Assembly: GCA_964354805.1 (NCBI GenBank)
Contig: CAYHBD010000008.1
Location: 1 to 64,000, forward strand
Direction: 5' to 3'
Origin: an uncultured archaeon
GTDB lineage: Archaea > Iainarchaeota > Iainarchaeia > Iainarchaeales > GCA-2688035
Length of the DNA: 64,000 nucleotides
Under the pieces are notes generated by a model. It searched no databases and was not told where the DNA came from. It was given only the letters and a program-made list of their open reading frames with translations. How positions within the stretch are numbered: position 1 is the first letter of the stretch; each line of letters opens with the position of its first letter. A program made the position numbers and the translations under genes. Of this stretch, positions 28,358-38,882 are shown one piece after another.

Positions 28358-29365
28358 ATGGAAATTTACCACAGGATGGCATCAATAATTCCGAGCGGCC
28401 TGATCAGGGCATTCAAAAAGCAATTGACTTACGTTGGAATACAGGTTGACGAAAACCGCTTTGTCGGATTCGTTATGCTATTTGGCATTGGAATCTCTGT
28501 CGCTGTGGCAATAAACCTGCAGCTGTTCTTCAACATACCATGGTATCTGACACTGGCAGCAGTTTTCGCCATGTTTGCAGGCGGAATCTACTTCTGGCTG
28601 AGCCAAACAGCAGAATCAGAGGGCAGCAGGGTTGAAAGAGTCCTGCCTGATGCGCTTGAATTGGTTGCATCAAACATCAAAGCAGGCCTTCCAACGGAAA
28701 GAAGCCTGTTCATTTCAGCGAGGCCTGAATTCGGCATACTGTCGGATGAACTGCGGAACGCAAGCAAAAAAGTTTTGGCAGGGCAAAGGCTGGAGGAATC
28801 CCTGATGGATCTGCCTCTAAGAATTAAAAGCGAAGTACTGGAGAGAACAATCTGGCTCATTGTCCAGGGAACAAAAAGCGGGGGCCAAATAGCAGACCTG
28901 CTGCTGCAGCTTGGAGCAGATTTGAGGGAAGAAAACGCAATGAAAGACGAAATTCGCTCCAACATCAGCATGTACATAATGCTCATCTTTTTTGCGGCGG
29001 CATTCGGCGCTCCACTGCTGTTCGGAATCACCTCGGTAATAGTAAAAGTAATGATACAGCAAACAGGCAGCATCACCATGACGCAGGCACAGGTAACGGA
29101 ATTCAGCCAAAGGAGCTCGGTCGGCAGATTCTTCGGGGTGCCAACTGTTTCAATAACAGAGGAATTCGTTGTATTCTACTCAATAATAGTATTAACCGTA
29201 ACCGCGCTCTTCGCGGCATTCGTCATGGGAGTAATAAACCACGGAAAAGAAGCAAAAGGCGTAAAATTCATCCCAATAATACTGGTAATTTCACTGATTC
29301 TGTTCTTCGGAATCAGAACATTCCTAAGCGCCGCGCTCGGCGGACTGATGAAAGGCGGGCTGTGA
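28358..29365 (+). CDS. TadB/TadC (T2SS F family) pilus membrane platform protein
   Basis: LPDALELVASNIKAG...ARPEFGILSDE...KSGG motif, TM helices. Confidence 0.9.
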   Translation: MEIYHRMASIIPSGLIRAFKKQLTYVGIQVDENRFVGFVMLFGIGISVAVAINLQLFFNIPWYLTLAAVFAMFAGGIYFWLSQTAESEGSRVERVLPDALELVASNIKAGLPTERSLFISARPEFGILSDELRNASKKVLAGQRLEESLMDLPLRIKSEVLERTIWLIVQGTKSGGQIADLLLQLGADLREENAMKDEIRSNISMYIMLIFFAAAFGAPLLFGITSVIVKVMIQQTGSITMTQAQVTEFSQRSSVGRFFGVPTVSITEEFVVFYSIIVLTVTALFAAFVMGVINHGKEAKGVKFIPIILVISLILFFGIRTFLSAALGGLMKGGL

Positions 29366-29416
29366 AAACTATTTCTTACCACTTCCAATCGCGGAATAAT
29401 GAAAGACCGCTGCGAA

Positions 29417-30646
29417 CTAGTGATAAATAAAACGCCAAACAGCGATTGATGAAATAACACTTCCGATGATAAACGCAATTAGTGTTGCAATTGCCGCTCC
29501 TTCCAAAGAAAGAATTGGCACTAAAAAGGCATTCAAAATAAACGCAATTACAAGAACCGCAAGAGAAATGAACATTGCCTGCTTTTGTTTTTCAATTGCA
29601 ATCAAGGCAATGCAGAGTATATAAAAAAGGCAAACAAAAATTGACGCAATGCCCAAAATAGAAAGCACTTGAGCACTTGAAACAAATTCAGCCCCAAAAA
29701 GCATTTCAACAATGGGCTTGCTGAAAAGAGAAACAAGCAATGCGCAAGGAACAGCAAATATTGCAAAATACTTCAGGGTTTTCTTGAAATGGTACCTGAA
29801 TTCAGTTTTGTTTTTCTCAGAAAAGGAACTTGAAGCAAGCGGAAAAAACGCTGCGCCAAGCGAAACAGAAAAATAATATGGCAGCCTGCTTATCTGCAAT
29901 GCTGCATTGTAATAGCCCGCAAGGTCATTGCCCCCAAGAAGAGATTTCACCGCCAGCAAGCCAAGGGACAGCGAAAACTCCAAAGCGAAAGCAAAAAAAG
30001 TTATGGGAACAGCTAAATAAAGCAGACGCTTGCAGCTGAAGTGCTCGCTTGCTTTATTAAAGCTGGAAAAAAACAAGCCAAATAGAAGAGCCGCTATTGA
30101 AGCCAAGGCAAAGCCTCCAATTGCGCCAAAAACCGAGAATCCTATCAAAACAAAGGATATTATGAGAAAAAATTTTGCCAGAGAGTAAACGATTGTAATA
30201 AGCGATTGCATTTTGTATTTCTTTAAGCCATTGAAATAGCCCAAAAAAACAGGGTAAAGAAAATAACCAGGAATAATTATTGAACTGAATCTTATAAAAG
30301 GCGTGAGAGAAGAATCATTCAACAAGGAAGCAATCAAGTCTGCGGCAAAAAAGTATGCAAAAAAAGCAATTGCAGCTATAACGCTATTCAACTTTAAGGC
30401 AGCTCTTTTGATTGATTCCGCCTTTTCTTTGTGCTGCGAAACAAATTTGCTTACAGCACTATGCGTGCCGCTTATCAGTACAAGCGAAAGCAGCGTGATT
30501 AAAGAAATTACTATGGAATACAGGCCATAGTCGGCAGGCCCAAATGCCCTTGCCAAAAAAATGTTGATGCCATAGCCAGAAAGCAAAAAAACGAGCTGGG
30601 CAAAAAACAAAGAAAAAGCACCAAACAAAAGAGGCCTCTTCATCAC
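29417..30646 (-). CDS. Oligosaccharide flippase (Wzx/MATE-like polysaccharide biosynthesis protein)
   Basis: LARAFGPADYGLY; AGYYNAA; ~12 TM segments; GAAIAT. Confidence 0.9.
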   Translation of the reverse strand: MMKRPLLFGAFSLFFAQLVFLLSGYGINIFLARAFGPADYGLYSIVISLITLLSLVLISGTHSAVSKFVSQHKEKAESIKRAALKLNSVIAAIAFFAYFFAADLIASLLNDSSLTPFIRFSSIIIPGYFLYPVFLGYFNGLKKYKMQSLITIVYSLAKFFLIISFVLIGFSVFGAIGGFALASIAALLFGLFFSSFNKASEHFSCKRLLYLAVPITFFAFALEFSLSLGLLAVKSLLGGNDLAGYYNAALQISRLPYYFSVSLGAAFFPLASSSFSEKNKTEFRYHFKKTLKYFAIFAVPCALLVSLFSKPIVEMLFGAEFVSSAQVLSILGIASIFVCLFYILCIALIAIEKQKQAMFISLAVLVIAFILNAFLVPILSLEGAAIATLIAFIIGSVISSIAVWRFIYH

Positions 30647-30692
30647 TATTATGAAAATAGAAAAGAAATAAAAGAAAGACGTGGCGCCTCAT

Positions 30693-31349
30693 TTAATAAG
30701 GAACAGAAACTTGATTTTTATCCTTTGGTTTATACACATTATATTTTATTATTGATTTCAAAGTATAGAATTCTTTAAAATGAAACCAGAGCCTATCATC
30801 TGTTCCGTTTTTTTGAAACATTATAAAATTTTTGATTGGAGTTTTGATTGAATGATAGTTAGACTTGTTTTTTCTTATCCAAGAAGCCACTAACTGAGTC
30901 GAACGCATCCACGCATCATCAAACAAAACATACCCCTTTTGATTGAGTAATAAATCAATATAATAAAAATCAATGAAGATGTCATCAAATTTATGCCCTC
31001 CATCTATAAATGCAAAATCGAACTTGACTCTTTTGCAAAGGAGTTTTGGCAATGCATTATGGGAAAAATCTTTTTCAAGTATTAGGCACTTGTCTAAATT
31101 CAGTTTTTTAATATTTTTCAGACCCAAATTGTTGAATTTATCCTCAAAAGGGTCTATAGAATAGTGTATTGAGCGCGTGGCTGAAATAATGTATGCCGCT
31201 GAGCAGCCATATGCGAAACCGACCTCAAGCGTTTTCTTGATTTTCTTTTCTCTCAAAAAAAAGTATATAAATTCAGCTGCTTTTTTAGCGAGCGGTATCT
31301 GCACAGTCTCTTTTGGGACTGCCAAGCGGTCGTAGAGGTCGGGTGCCAT
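30693..31349 (-). CDS. Class I SAM-dependent methyltransferase (Methyltransf_24-like)
   Basis: TLEVGFAYGCS, FDFAFIDGGH, GYVLFDD. Confidence 0.88.
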   Translation of the reverse strand: MAPDLYDRLAVPKETVQIPLAKKAAEFIYFFLREKKIKKTLEVGFAYGCSAAYIISATRSIHYSIDPFEDKFNNLGLKNIKKLNLDKCLILEKDFSHNALPKLLCKRVKFDFAFIDGGHKFDDIFIDFYYIDLLLNQKGYVLFDDAWMRSTQLVASWIRKNKSNYHSIKTPIKNFIMFQKNGTDDRLWFHFKEFYTLKSIIKYNVYKPKDKNQVSVPY

Positions 31350-31480
31350 TTAATTACCTTAATGTACAAATATTATTTAAAAACTCTGCAAAATCAACCA
31401 TTTGATCGTCTTTGGAGAAAAAACGTGGTTAAAAATTTATAAAAAACTTTTTAGTTCAAGTTATAGTAAGGAGATTACAA

Positions 31481-32266
31481 ATGATGAAAAGGGCACAGGA
31501 TTTAATTGGAGTTGTCCAGCTTTACCGAAATTGGCCCGTCAGGATAATGGAATTCTTCAAATTGTACCCAAATAAAAATATAAAATACAATTTGCGGAAT
31601 GGCCTTGTTTTCAATATAAGGGCTAACACTAGCGACACTCTTACTATAATCGAATGTTTTAGAAAAAAGGTTTATGATAGATACTTAAAAATAGGTTTAA
31701 GTGACAGTATAGTAGATATCGGTGGGAACATAGGTGCATTTTCAATCTATGCTGCAAGTATAGCAGAAAAGGGAACGGTTTATGCTTTCGAGCCTGTGGA
31801 AGAAAACTTCAATTTGCTTGAAAAGAATATTAAGGAGAATAATTTGCATAACATTAAAGTATTCAAAAATGGTGTTGCTGGAAAAAATGGGGAAGGAAAA
31901 CTATTCTTATCTAATAACAAAGGGGGCCACAGTATATATCCCCCAAAAAACGCGACAGGCAAAAGTGTCATTGTAAAATTTGTTTCTTTACAACAGATAT
32001 TTAAAGAAAACAAAATTAAGTGCTGCGATTTCCTCAAAATCGATTGCGAAGGGGCTGAATATGACATCTTATTTAATTGCCAACAACATATTCTAAAAAA
32101 GGTCCGAAAAATTGCAATGGAATTCCATGATATTGACCGAAATTATAACCGCTTTCGATTAAAGCAACATCTAAAGAAAAGTGGGTTTAGTATAATTGCA
32201 TTGGAGGAGCGCCCCCAATGCGAAACAGGGATGCTTTATGCTATTAGGGAAAAAAAGAAGGATTGA
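31481..32266 (+). CDS. FkbM-family methyltransferase
   Basis: VDIGGNIG, VYAFEP, LKIDCEGAE. Confidence 0.92.
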   Translation: MMKRAQDLIGVVQLYRNWPVRIMEFFKLYPNKNIKYNLRNGLVFNIRANTSDTLTIIECFRKKVYDRYLKIGLSDSIVDIGGNIGAFSIYAASIAEKGTVYAFEPVEENFNLLEKNIKENNLHNIKVFKNGVAGKNGEGKLFLSNNKGGHSIYPPKNATGKSVIVKFVSLQQIFKENKIKCCDFLKIDCEGAEYDILFNCQQHILKKVRKIAMEFHDIDRNYNRFRLKQHLKKSGFSIIALEERPQCETGMLYAIREKKKD

Positions 32267-33113
32267 TTTTAGTATAGTTACGCCAGCAAAAAATGCCGAA
32301 AAAACAATTGGCAAATGCATGGAGAATTTGCTAAACCAAAACTACCCAAAGCAAAAATACGAAATAATAGTTGTTGACAACAACTCAACAGACAAAACCA
32401 CTGATGCGATAAAACAGTATCCTGTAAAATATTTACTGGAAAAAAAACCAGGCGCAGCAGCCACAAGAAACTTGGGAATCAAAAATGCTAATGGAAAAAT
32501 AATTGCTTTTATTGACAGCGACAGATATGCTGATAAAAACTGGTTGGCAAAAGCAAAGGAGGAGTTTGATAAAAAAAGAATAAACCTGCTCGCTGGTGAA
32601 GTAAAACCTGAAAAAGGAGCCTCAAGGGTAGAAAAAATTCTTGTTGATTGGGGCATGGACCAACAATGCAGCGTTGAGTCTGGTTATGCAGCAACATGCA
32701 ACCTATTTGCAGAAAGAAGAACATTTAAAAAAGTCGGCCTTTTTGATGAAAAGGATTTATGGCTGGATGCTGAGGATGTGGAATTTTGCCTTAGGGCTAA
32801 AGACCATGGTTTTAAGCTTGAATTCTCGCCTGAAGTTATTGTATACTACAAGCCAAGAACTCTGGGGGGTGCAATTAAAAGAGAATTTAGACGTGGAAGA
32901 GCCGCAGCCCATGTTAGGCGATTGGCAAAAAATAGGGCGTATCTAGCAAATATAACAAAGAAAAGAAAACCGTTTAAGCATCTGAAACGGGTTCTAAGAA
33001 AAAAGAACAGAGACTTCCTTGACTTGCCAATTGTAATTTTTGTTTATTTTGCATTCCTATTTTCAAGCTTAGCAGGCGAGACCTACGAAAAATTGCATTC
33101 GCGATTGAAATAA
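32238..33113 (+). CDS. Glycosyltransferase family 2
   Basis: SIVTPAKN, IIVVDNNSTD, RNLG, FIDSD, AEDVEF. Confidence 0.92.
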   Translation: MLLGKKRRIDFSIVTPAKNAEKTIGKCMENLLNQNYPKQKYEIIVVDNNSTDKTTDAIKQYPVKYLLEKKPGAAATRNLGIKNANGKIIAFIDSDRYADKNWLAKAKEEFDKKRINLLAGEVKPEKGASRVEKILVDWGMDQQCSVESGYAATCNLFAERRTFKKVGLFDEKDLWLDAEDVEFCLRAKDHGFKLEFSPEVIVYYKPRTLGGAIKREFRRGRAAAHVRRLAKNRAYLANITKKRKPFKHLKRVLRKKNRDFLDLPIVIFVYFAFLFSSLAGETYEKLHSRLK

Positions 33114-33120
33114 AGATTAG

Positions 33121-34335
33121 TTATTGGGGTTCATTAAGTAAACTGCGATAAATTTTTCTGTATTTTGAAATTATGACTTTTGCACTACAGGTTCGCTTAG
33201 CAAAGACCCGCCCTTTTTTGCCCATTTTTTTCTGCAAGGAAATATCATTCAAAATAGTGGAAATTCTATCAGCTAAGGCAAGCGGGTCGTTTGGTTTAAC
33301 AAGAAAGCCATTCACACCATCTTCTACTAACTCGGGGATAGCACCAACTTGCGTTCCTATAACTGGCTTTTGGAGCGCCATTGCTTCAGCTAGAGTCCTA
33401 CCAAAAGATTCCATAGTCAAAGAGGGAAGGACAACCACATCAGAATTCTTGTAAACCTCTTTCATTTCGAAGTGATTTATAGGCCCAAGAAAAAGCACAT
33501 TGTTAGAAACACCGAAATTTACAGCCATTTTTTTATAGAAACTGTTTGGTGAGCCAGCAAGCAAAAGCTTGCATTTTCTTTCTGCCAATACTAAGGAAAA
33601 TGCCTTTAGCAGTTGGGCTATGCCTTTCCATTCAACTAATCTGCCTGCAAAAAGAATATTTCCCGTCCCATACGGGATCTTCTTATCCAAAAGCCATTGA
33701 TCATCAACAGGATTGTAAATTGTTTGACTGTGCTTGCCTGTGTGTTTTTCCAACAAGTCCGCCAAAAAATTGCTTACACAAACAGTTTTTCTAAGCCTGT
33801 TGAATTGGGCTAATCCAAAATTTGCATTTTTTAAGTAAAAATAAGAATGGATAGGCCTGAGAAAATGGTTTGCTCTATTAACCATAAGACACCTAGACAG
33901 GTTTTTGGGCGTGCAACCAGTGCAAATGCTATAATCTTTGAGCAAAAATTTGTAGCCTTGTCCGCAAAAAGGCCAAAAATTACTTATAGTTGCAACACTT
34001 TTTTTCAGCAGGCTTCCCTCCAAAGTAAGCGGAAGAGTTGTTCTGCAATCCTGACTGTGGAATATATCAAAATCTTGAGCTTTTTTCTTCAAAGAACTTG
34101 CTACGTGCAATGCGAAATATTTTTCATTCAGACCATAAAAGTGGGGTTCAACACGCAATTCGTTTAAATTTTTTATCTCAAACCCTTCAACATAATTTTT
34201 AGGTTTTTTCGTCGTTGTAAAGACTGTTACTTCGTCACCATGCTTTGCTAGCTCTTTAGCAAAGTAGTATGTGTTGATTTCAATGCCGCCAATACATTCA
34301 GGGATAAAAAATTCACTTAGCAAGGCGACGTGCAT
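33121..34335 (-). CDS. Glycosyltransferase family 4
   Basis: GGIE, FAGRLVEWKG, ESFGRTLAEAMA. Confidence 0.92.
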   Translation of the reverse strand: MHVALLSEFFIPECIGGIEINTYYFAKELAKHGDEVTVFTTTKKPKNYVEGFEIKNLNELRVEPHFYGLNEKYFALHVASSLKKKAQDFDIFHSQDCRTTLPLTLEGSLLKKSVATISNFWPFCGQGYKFLLKDYSICTGCTPKNLSRCLMVNRANHFLRPIHSYFYLKNANFGLAQFNRLRKTVCVSNFLADLLEKHTGKHSQTIYNPVDDQWLLDKKIPYGTGNILFAGRLVEWKGIAQLLKAFSLVLAERKCKLLLAGSPNSFYKKMAVNFGVSNNVLFLGPINHFEMKEVYKNSDVVVLPSLTMESFGRTLAEAMALQKPVIGTQVGAIPELVEDGVNGFLVKPNDPLALADRISTILNDISLQKKMGKKGRVFAKRTCSAKVIISKYRKIYRSLLNEPQ

Positions 34336-35242
34336 AAGGAAATACCTTCATACTAATTGATTCCCACATATAACCTGCTTGCTGCAGAAGAAAGCTTGCT
34401 GAAAGCAGGACTAAGACAAGTGGAAAGTGTTTCTTGCGAATATTTTCTCTAAGGATATTTTTTGAAGACCAAAGCCTTAGCGAAATGAACTTGCTTACGG
34501 ATCCAACCTTTTTCCTAAAATGGTAGTTTGCCCTGCCCCTCTTAAACTGCCATCTAATAAAAGTAAGCAAGCTTGCTCTGGGCGTATGTAAAACAGTTGC
34601 ATCAGGGCAGTATTTTATTTTAACGCCAGCCCTTGTCAATCTGACAGACAATTCAGCATCCTCCGCACCATGCTTAAGAGATTCATCAAATAACCCAACT
34701 TCATCAAATACTCTTCTTTTTATTACAACATTGCCAGTGGCAAGGTGGTCTGTAAAACCGTTGCTTGAAACGTGCCACATTTTGTCAAAGCCAACAGAAC
34801 CACCGCCAGGAAAACCCAAAGCGGAAATGGAGGTTCCGATAAAATTTGAATCAGGAACCATTGTGCCACCTGTGGCAACATGAACATCATCGCCGATTGA
34901 ATCCAACAGGTTTTCAAGCCAATCCTCTTTAGGCACGCAGTCTGAGTCAATAAAAGTAATGAACTTGCCTCTCGCGTTTTTTACACCCATATTTCTGTTA
35001 AAAGCAACGCCCTTGCCAGATGGAATCTTCACAATCCTGCAACCATCGAACAAAACAAGGTCTTCTGCTGGTACAGGCACTTCGCTTACAACAATTGTTT
35101 CATAGTTTTTGCTGGTTTTCTGAACCCTAAGTTTTTCCAGCAACTCTATAAGGCTGCCATCAATCTGGTTGGTTACCACAACTACTGAAACGGCAGGGCA
35201 GTAGTTTTTTACACCGATAACACTGTTGCTATTTGCTTTCAT
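34313..35242 (-). CDS. Glycosyltransferase family 2
   Basis: RNMG, FIDSDC, FDESL...AEDAEL. Confidence 0.9.
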   Translation of the reverse strand: MKANSNSVIGVKNYCPAVSVVVVTNQIDGSLIELLEKLRVQKTSKNYETIVVSEVPVPAEDLVLFDGCRIVKIPSGKGVAFNRNMGVKNARGKFITFIDSDCVPKEDWLENLLDSIGDDVHVATGGTMVPDSNFIGTSISALGFPGGGSVGFDKMWHVSSNGFTDHLATGNVVIKRRVFDEVGLFDESLKHGAEDAELSVRLTRAGVKIKYCPDATVLHTPRASLLTFIRWQFKRGRANYHFRKKVGSVSKFISLRLWSSKNILRENIRKKHFPLVLVLLSASFLLQQAGYMWESISMKVFPYARRLAK

Positions 35243-35330
35243 GAAACCCCCAAACCAATGCTTTTGCAACATACCCCATTTATAAAATAAACCAAAGTAA
35301 GCTTCATAAATAAAATGGTTCTATGAGTTA

Positions 35331-36821
35331 ATGACTATTATGGGGGCATTATTTAAAACTGGCTTTTATTTGAAGCTGTTTTTGATTGTAGCGATAGCAA
35401 TTTTCTTCATTATGCAATTTAACAGATTGAGCAGTCCTTATGTTATTTCAGATGAAGCGTATTATGCCTTAAAAAGCTGGCTCATTTTCAAGGACCCTGC
35501 ATCAATACTTTCAGAGGAAACATACGTAATATACCGCCCTGTAACCTATCCAATCTACCCCCCGTTACTGCCTGCACTTTTCGCCCCATTAAATTTGCTC
35601 TTTGAACCGATGGCAGCATTTCGGTTGGGAGTCTTGCTGTTTTCACTAATTGCAATCTTTTTAACTTACTTAATCGGCAAAAAATTGTTCAACCCAGAAG
35701 TAGGCACAATAAGCGCGGTTTTGCTTGCATTTTCAGCGACATTCTTTTACTTTAGCACAAGAGCATTTTTGGACATACCATTGCTTGCAATGGTTTTAAT
35801 TGCTTTTCTTTTGGTGCTTGATTTAAACAGAAAAAAGATAGTGTTGCTTGCATTGGTTTTTGCAGGAATATTCTTTTTGAAGACTGAGGGATTAATTACC
35901 ATGCCTGCAATTGCTTTGGTAGCAGCTGTTAAATACAAGGAAAAAATAAATGTAAAAAAAATATTTCTCATCATCTGTGCATTATTGCTTCTTTTTATTC
36001 TTTTTATGCAAGTGGTTCCTGGTGGTCCTGGCGCCCCCAACCTTACATGGCTGCGGTATATCCAAAGCAACCCACTGATTTATTTCTGGCTCTTCGGGCA
36101 GCAGCTGATTGTTTATACTCTTGGATACGCGCTAATCCCGTTCCTGATACTTGGGTTCTATTGCCTTCACAAAGAGGGAAAGGAAAAATTGGTCATACCG
36201 CTTGTTTTGATTTACGCCACAATCGCCCCCTTCTTCTTGTTTGACATAATTAACAGCAGGTATTTTATTCCCGCAATCCCGGCGTTCTGTTTTGTTGCAG
36301 CATATGGAATCACTAAAATAAACCTGCCAAAATTAAAAAGCAACTATCTTTTGCATTTTGCCATAACTGCGATTATTTGTACTTTACTAATACAATTTTC
36401 AACATACTTGCGCTATGACAAATTTGATTGCAATGATTACACTGAATTACGCCAATGGCTTGAGCAGAATATATCAAGTGAGGACAACATTGTTTTGTTT
36501 TCAAATTCTTATGACATACGGGGAATTGGCTTGCAGTCCTATCTTGTTTTAGATAAGTTTAATAAAGTGCCAATAAGGAATCCAGGAAAGCAAGAATTTG
36601 AATCACTGCTGCAAAATTGCAGGGGGAGCATATTTGCCATTTATGATGAATTTACCACACAAATTGGCTTACCGCCACATGCTGTTTGGGTATTCCTTGA
36701 AGAAGGCGGTGCAGAGGCTTACCTAAATAAAAAAGGCTTTCAAAAAGTGATTGAAATGAGACAAAAAGCAGCGCCGTGGGCTTGGAAGGGGCACTTTTAT
36801 ATCTTCAGAAAGAAGTGTTAG
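35331..36821 (+). CDS. GT-C fold membrane glycosyltransferase (PMT_2/ArnT/GT39-like)
   Basis: SDEAYY after TM1, YPPL, multiple TMs, RYFIP motif. Confidence 0.85.
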   Translation: MTIMGALFKTGFYLKLFLIVAIAIFFIMQFNRLSSPYVISDEAYYALKSWLIFKDPASILSEETYVIYRPVTYPIYPPLLPALFAPLNLLFEPMAAFRLGVLLFSLIAIFLTYLIGKKLFNPEVGTISAVLLAFSATFFYFSTRAFLDIPLLAMVLIAFLLVLDLNRKKIVLLALVFAGIFFLKTEGLITMPAIALVAAVKYKEKINVKKIFLIICALLLLFILFMQVVPGGPGAPNLTWLRYIQSNPLIYFWLFGQQLIVYTLGYALIPFLILGFYCLHKEGKEKLVIPLVLIYATIAPFFLFDIINSRYFIPAIPAFCFVAAYGITKINLPKLKSNYLLHFAITAIICTLLIQFSTYLRYDKFDCNDYTELRQWLEQNISSEDNIVLFSNSYDIRGIGLQSYLVLDKFNKVPIRNPGKQEFESLLQNCRGSIFAIYDEFTTQIGLPPHAVWVFLEEGGAEAYLNKKGFQKVIEMRQKAAPWAWKGHFYIFRKKC

Positions 36822-36898
36822 AAACTATGCTAGAGCAGCTGCTCATAGAATAAAATAACAAAAAAGAGAAAAGAAAAAAAGGGTGCAAAAACTTAATT

Positions 36899-37366
36899 TT
36901 AAACCACTGTTCCTTGGCACGTAACTACAACTGATTTACCCGTGTAGCCAAAGGCATCAGTGTATGTTATTGTTGCAGTTCCATTGTAAGCGTACCCTTT
37001 TGCGCAAGTTGATGCAGTGCCTCCAGATCCACAACCGACTGTTAGCTGTATCGCGTTCCCGCTTGTTACAGTTCCAGATGTTGCCGGGTTAATTGTTGCC
37101 TTTGTCATACTGCCAGTCCTAGCTGTGGCTGTAATTATAATTGTTCCACCAGTAATATTCTGTAAATTAACTGTATTTGGTGATGCACCTGCCCCAACAT
37201 TGTATGATTTCATCAACATCTTTGTTGGATCAGAGCTATTGCACGCCACTCCAGCTGTCGGGCTGCTTACAATGAACACAAGTACTCCGACCACGATTGC
37301 TATGACTATCAGTGCCCATCCGTATGTCATTAGGTATTCCAATGCTGCTTGTCCTCTATTATTCAT
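36899..37366 (-). CDS. Type IV pilin, probable major pilin
   Basis: MNNRG|QAALEYLMTYGWAL; GGAGG Shine-Dalgarno upstream; shortest, uninterrupted signal peptide. Confidence 0.9.
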   Translation of the reverse strand: MNNRGQAALEYLMTYGWALIVIAIVVGVLVFIVSSPTAGVACNSSDPTKMLMKSYNVGAGASPNTVNLQNITGGTIIITATARTGSMTKATINPATSGTVTSGNAIQLTVGCGSGGTASTCAKGYAYNGTATITYTDAFGYTGKSVVVTCQGTVV

Positions 37367-37789
37367 GCTTTCCCTCCTTTTCAAGTTTTTTTATTTTTTC
37401 CCAAAAATAAACATAAAACTATTTTGTTGGGAATTTTTGTTTGTATATAAGAAGCGTTTCTCCTTTAAAAAGCTTTGCCTGCCCTGCGGGAATATAAAAA
37501 CCCCTGCAATTTGGGGGCAATTTTGCGCTTTTCGGCTGGTTTTCAAAAGAAACTGCCTTGCAAAAAAAGCTGGTTAGCAAAATAAGCGGCCTTTTTTGTT
37601 TTATTCAAAAACGAATGCGACCCTTTTCGTTCTTATAAAACGAAGGTTAAAACCAAGTTTTCATTTACAGGCACGCTTTTGCAGTATTTGGGCAGGGCTT
37701 AATCGTTATATTACTCATTTAGTGTTATTATCAGCCTGTTTTATTATCAGCCTGTTTTAAATTTTTTTGAGTAATAATAGCACCGCCAG

Positions 37790-38278
37790 CTATTTTTTCC
37801 CAAATTTCCTGCACAGGGCTTTTTTCACCGGCTTTGCAACCATGCACTCTATTGAACCGCCCATTGAGGCGATTTCCTTTACAGCAGTGCTGTTCAGGTA
37901 AAAGTATTTCGGGTTTGTTACAACGAAGACTGTTTCAATGCTCGGGGCAAGCTTTCTGTTAATGATTGCCTGCTGGAACTCTGTTTCAAAATCAGAAAGC
38001 TCCCTCAGGCCCCTCAAAATCACTTTTGCTTTCTTTTTACGCAAAAAATCAACCAGCAGGCCGCTAAAGCCCTCAATGCTGATGCGCTGCATTCCCTTGG
38101 TGCACTCTTTTACAAGGGCAATCCTTTCCTTTAAGGAAAAAAGCGGCTTTTTCTTTGGGTTTGTTGTAATTGCAATAATCACGTGGTCAAACAGCTGCAG
38201 GGCTCTTTCAATCACATCCAGGTGCCCCAAAGTAACAGGGTCAAAGGTTCCGGCGTAAACAGCGATTCTTTCACTCAT
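37790..38278 (-). CDS. coaD: Phosphopantetheine adenylyltransferase (bacterial type)
   Basis: AVYAGTFDPVTLGHLDVIERA, ILRGLR..SDFE.E, SSxxVKE-like NSTAVKEIA. Confidence 0.95.
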   Translation of the reverse strand: MSERIAVYAGTFDPVTLGHLDVIERALQLFDHVIIAITTNPKKKPLFSLKERIALVKECTKGMQRISIEGFSGLLVDFLRKKKAKVILRGLRELSDFETEFQQAIINRKLAPSIETVFVVTNPKYFYLNSTAVKEIASMGGSIECMVAKPVKKALCRKFGKK

Positions 38279-38375
38279 CGGGAGACACCCAATCCCCTGC
38301 GTAAACAGCGGTTCTTTCACTCATAAAAAAGCCATGGTGGCATTAAATTTTAATTGAATTGGGGCTTTGGCGGGT

Positions 38376-38777
38376 TTAATGTCTTTTGAGCATTTCCGCT
38401 AACTCCCGCGGAAGGCTCTTTAAAGCACTTAATATATCCAACTGGACACTTATGCCCTTTTGCATTTGCACAACCATCAGCGCCTGGCTTGACCTCATTA
38501 AATCAGGAATTTCCAAGGCAGGGTTTTCCTGGAAAGCAGTGAATGAAATTGCCGGGTTGCCAAATTGTGCGACAAGCGCTTTTTCCAAATCCAGCACAAA
38601 TGCCTTTATTTGCTTTTCATCCCCCTCCAATTGGACTTGGACTGTTTTTCCGTCAACATTAAAAACAGCGCCCTTGCCAAAAGGCGAATTAAGCAGGCGC
38701 TCCATTATAAACGCCCTGACTCCTTTCTCAGTAACAACTTCTTCCGCTTTAGCCTTAATTAAAAAGCTCCCTTTCAT
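38376..38777 (-). CDS. Acylphosphatase-like fold protein with helical tail (degenerate)
   Basis: KGVRAF...GAVFNVDGKTVQVQLEGDEKQIKAF resembles acylphosphatase GVGFR...N..DG.V....EG. Confidence 0.5.
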   Translation of the reverse strand: MKGSFLIKAKAEEVVTEKGVRAFIMERLLNSPFGKGAVFNVDGKTVQVQLEGDEKQIKAFVLDLEKALVAQFGNPAISFTAFQENPALEIPDLMRSSQALMVVQMQKGISVQLDILSALKSLPRELAEMLKRH

Positions 38778-38882
38778 TCTCACACCAGCCAATATAATTA
38801 TACCCAACCATAGTATAAAAGCCTTTCCAGGCAAGGGTTGAAATTAACCAGTTGTTTGAAGCAAAAAAAAAAACACTTGGAA

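Noticed and set aside
7339-29365. Archaellum (motility) operon
   Set aside because: No archaellin-like or ArlF/G/H accessory genes recognised; two TadB/C-type genes and VWA adhesins fit an adhesive pilus. No prepilin peptidase in the window either
37385-37789. tRNA or structured ncRNA in the long intergenic region
   Set aside because: No cloverleaf or recognisable conserved RNA motif; only AT-rich promoter-like DNA and a 16-bp tandem repeat
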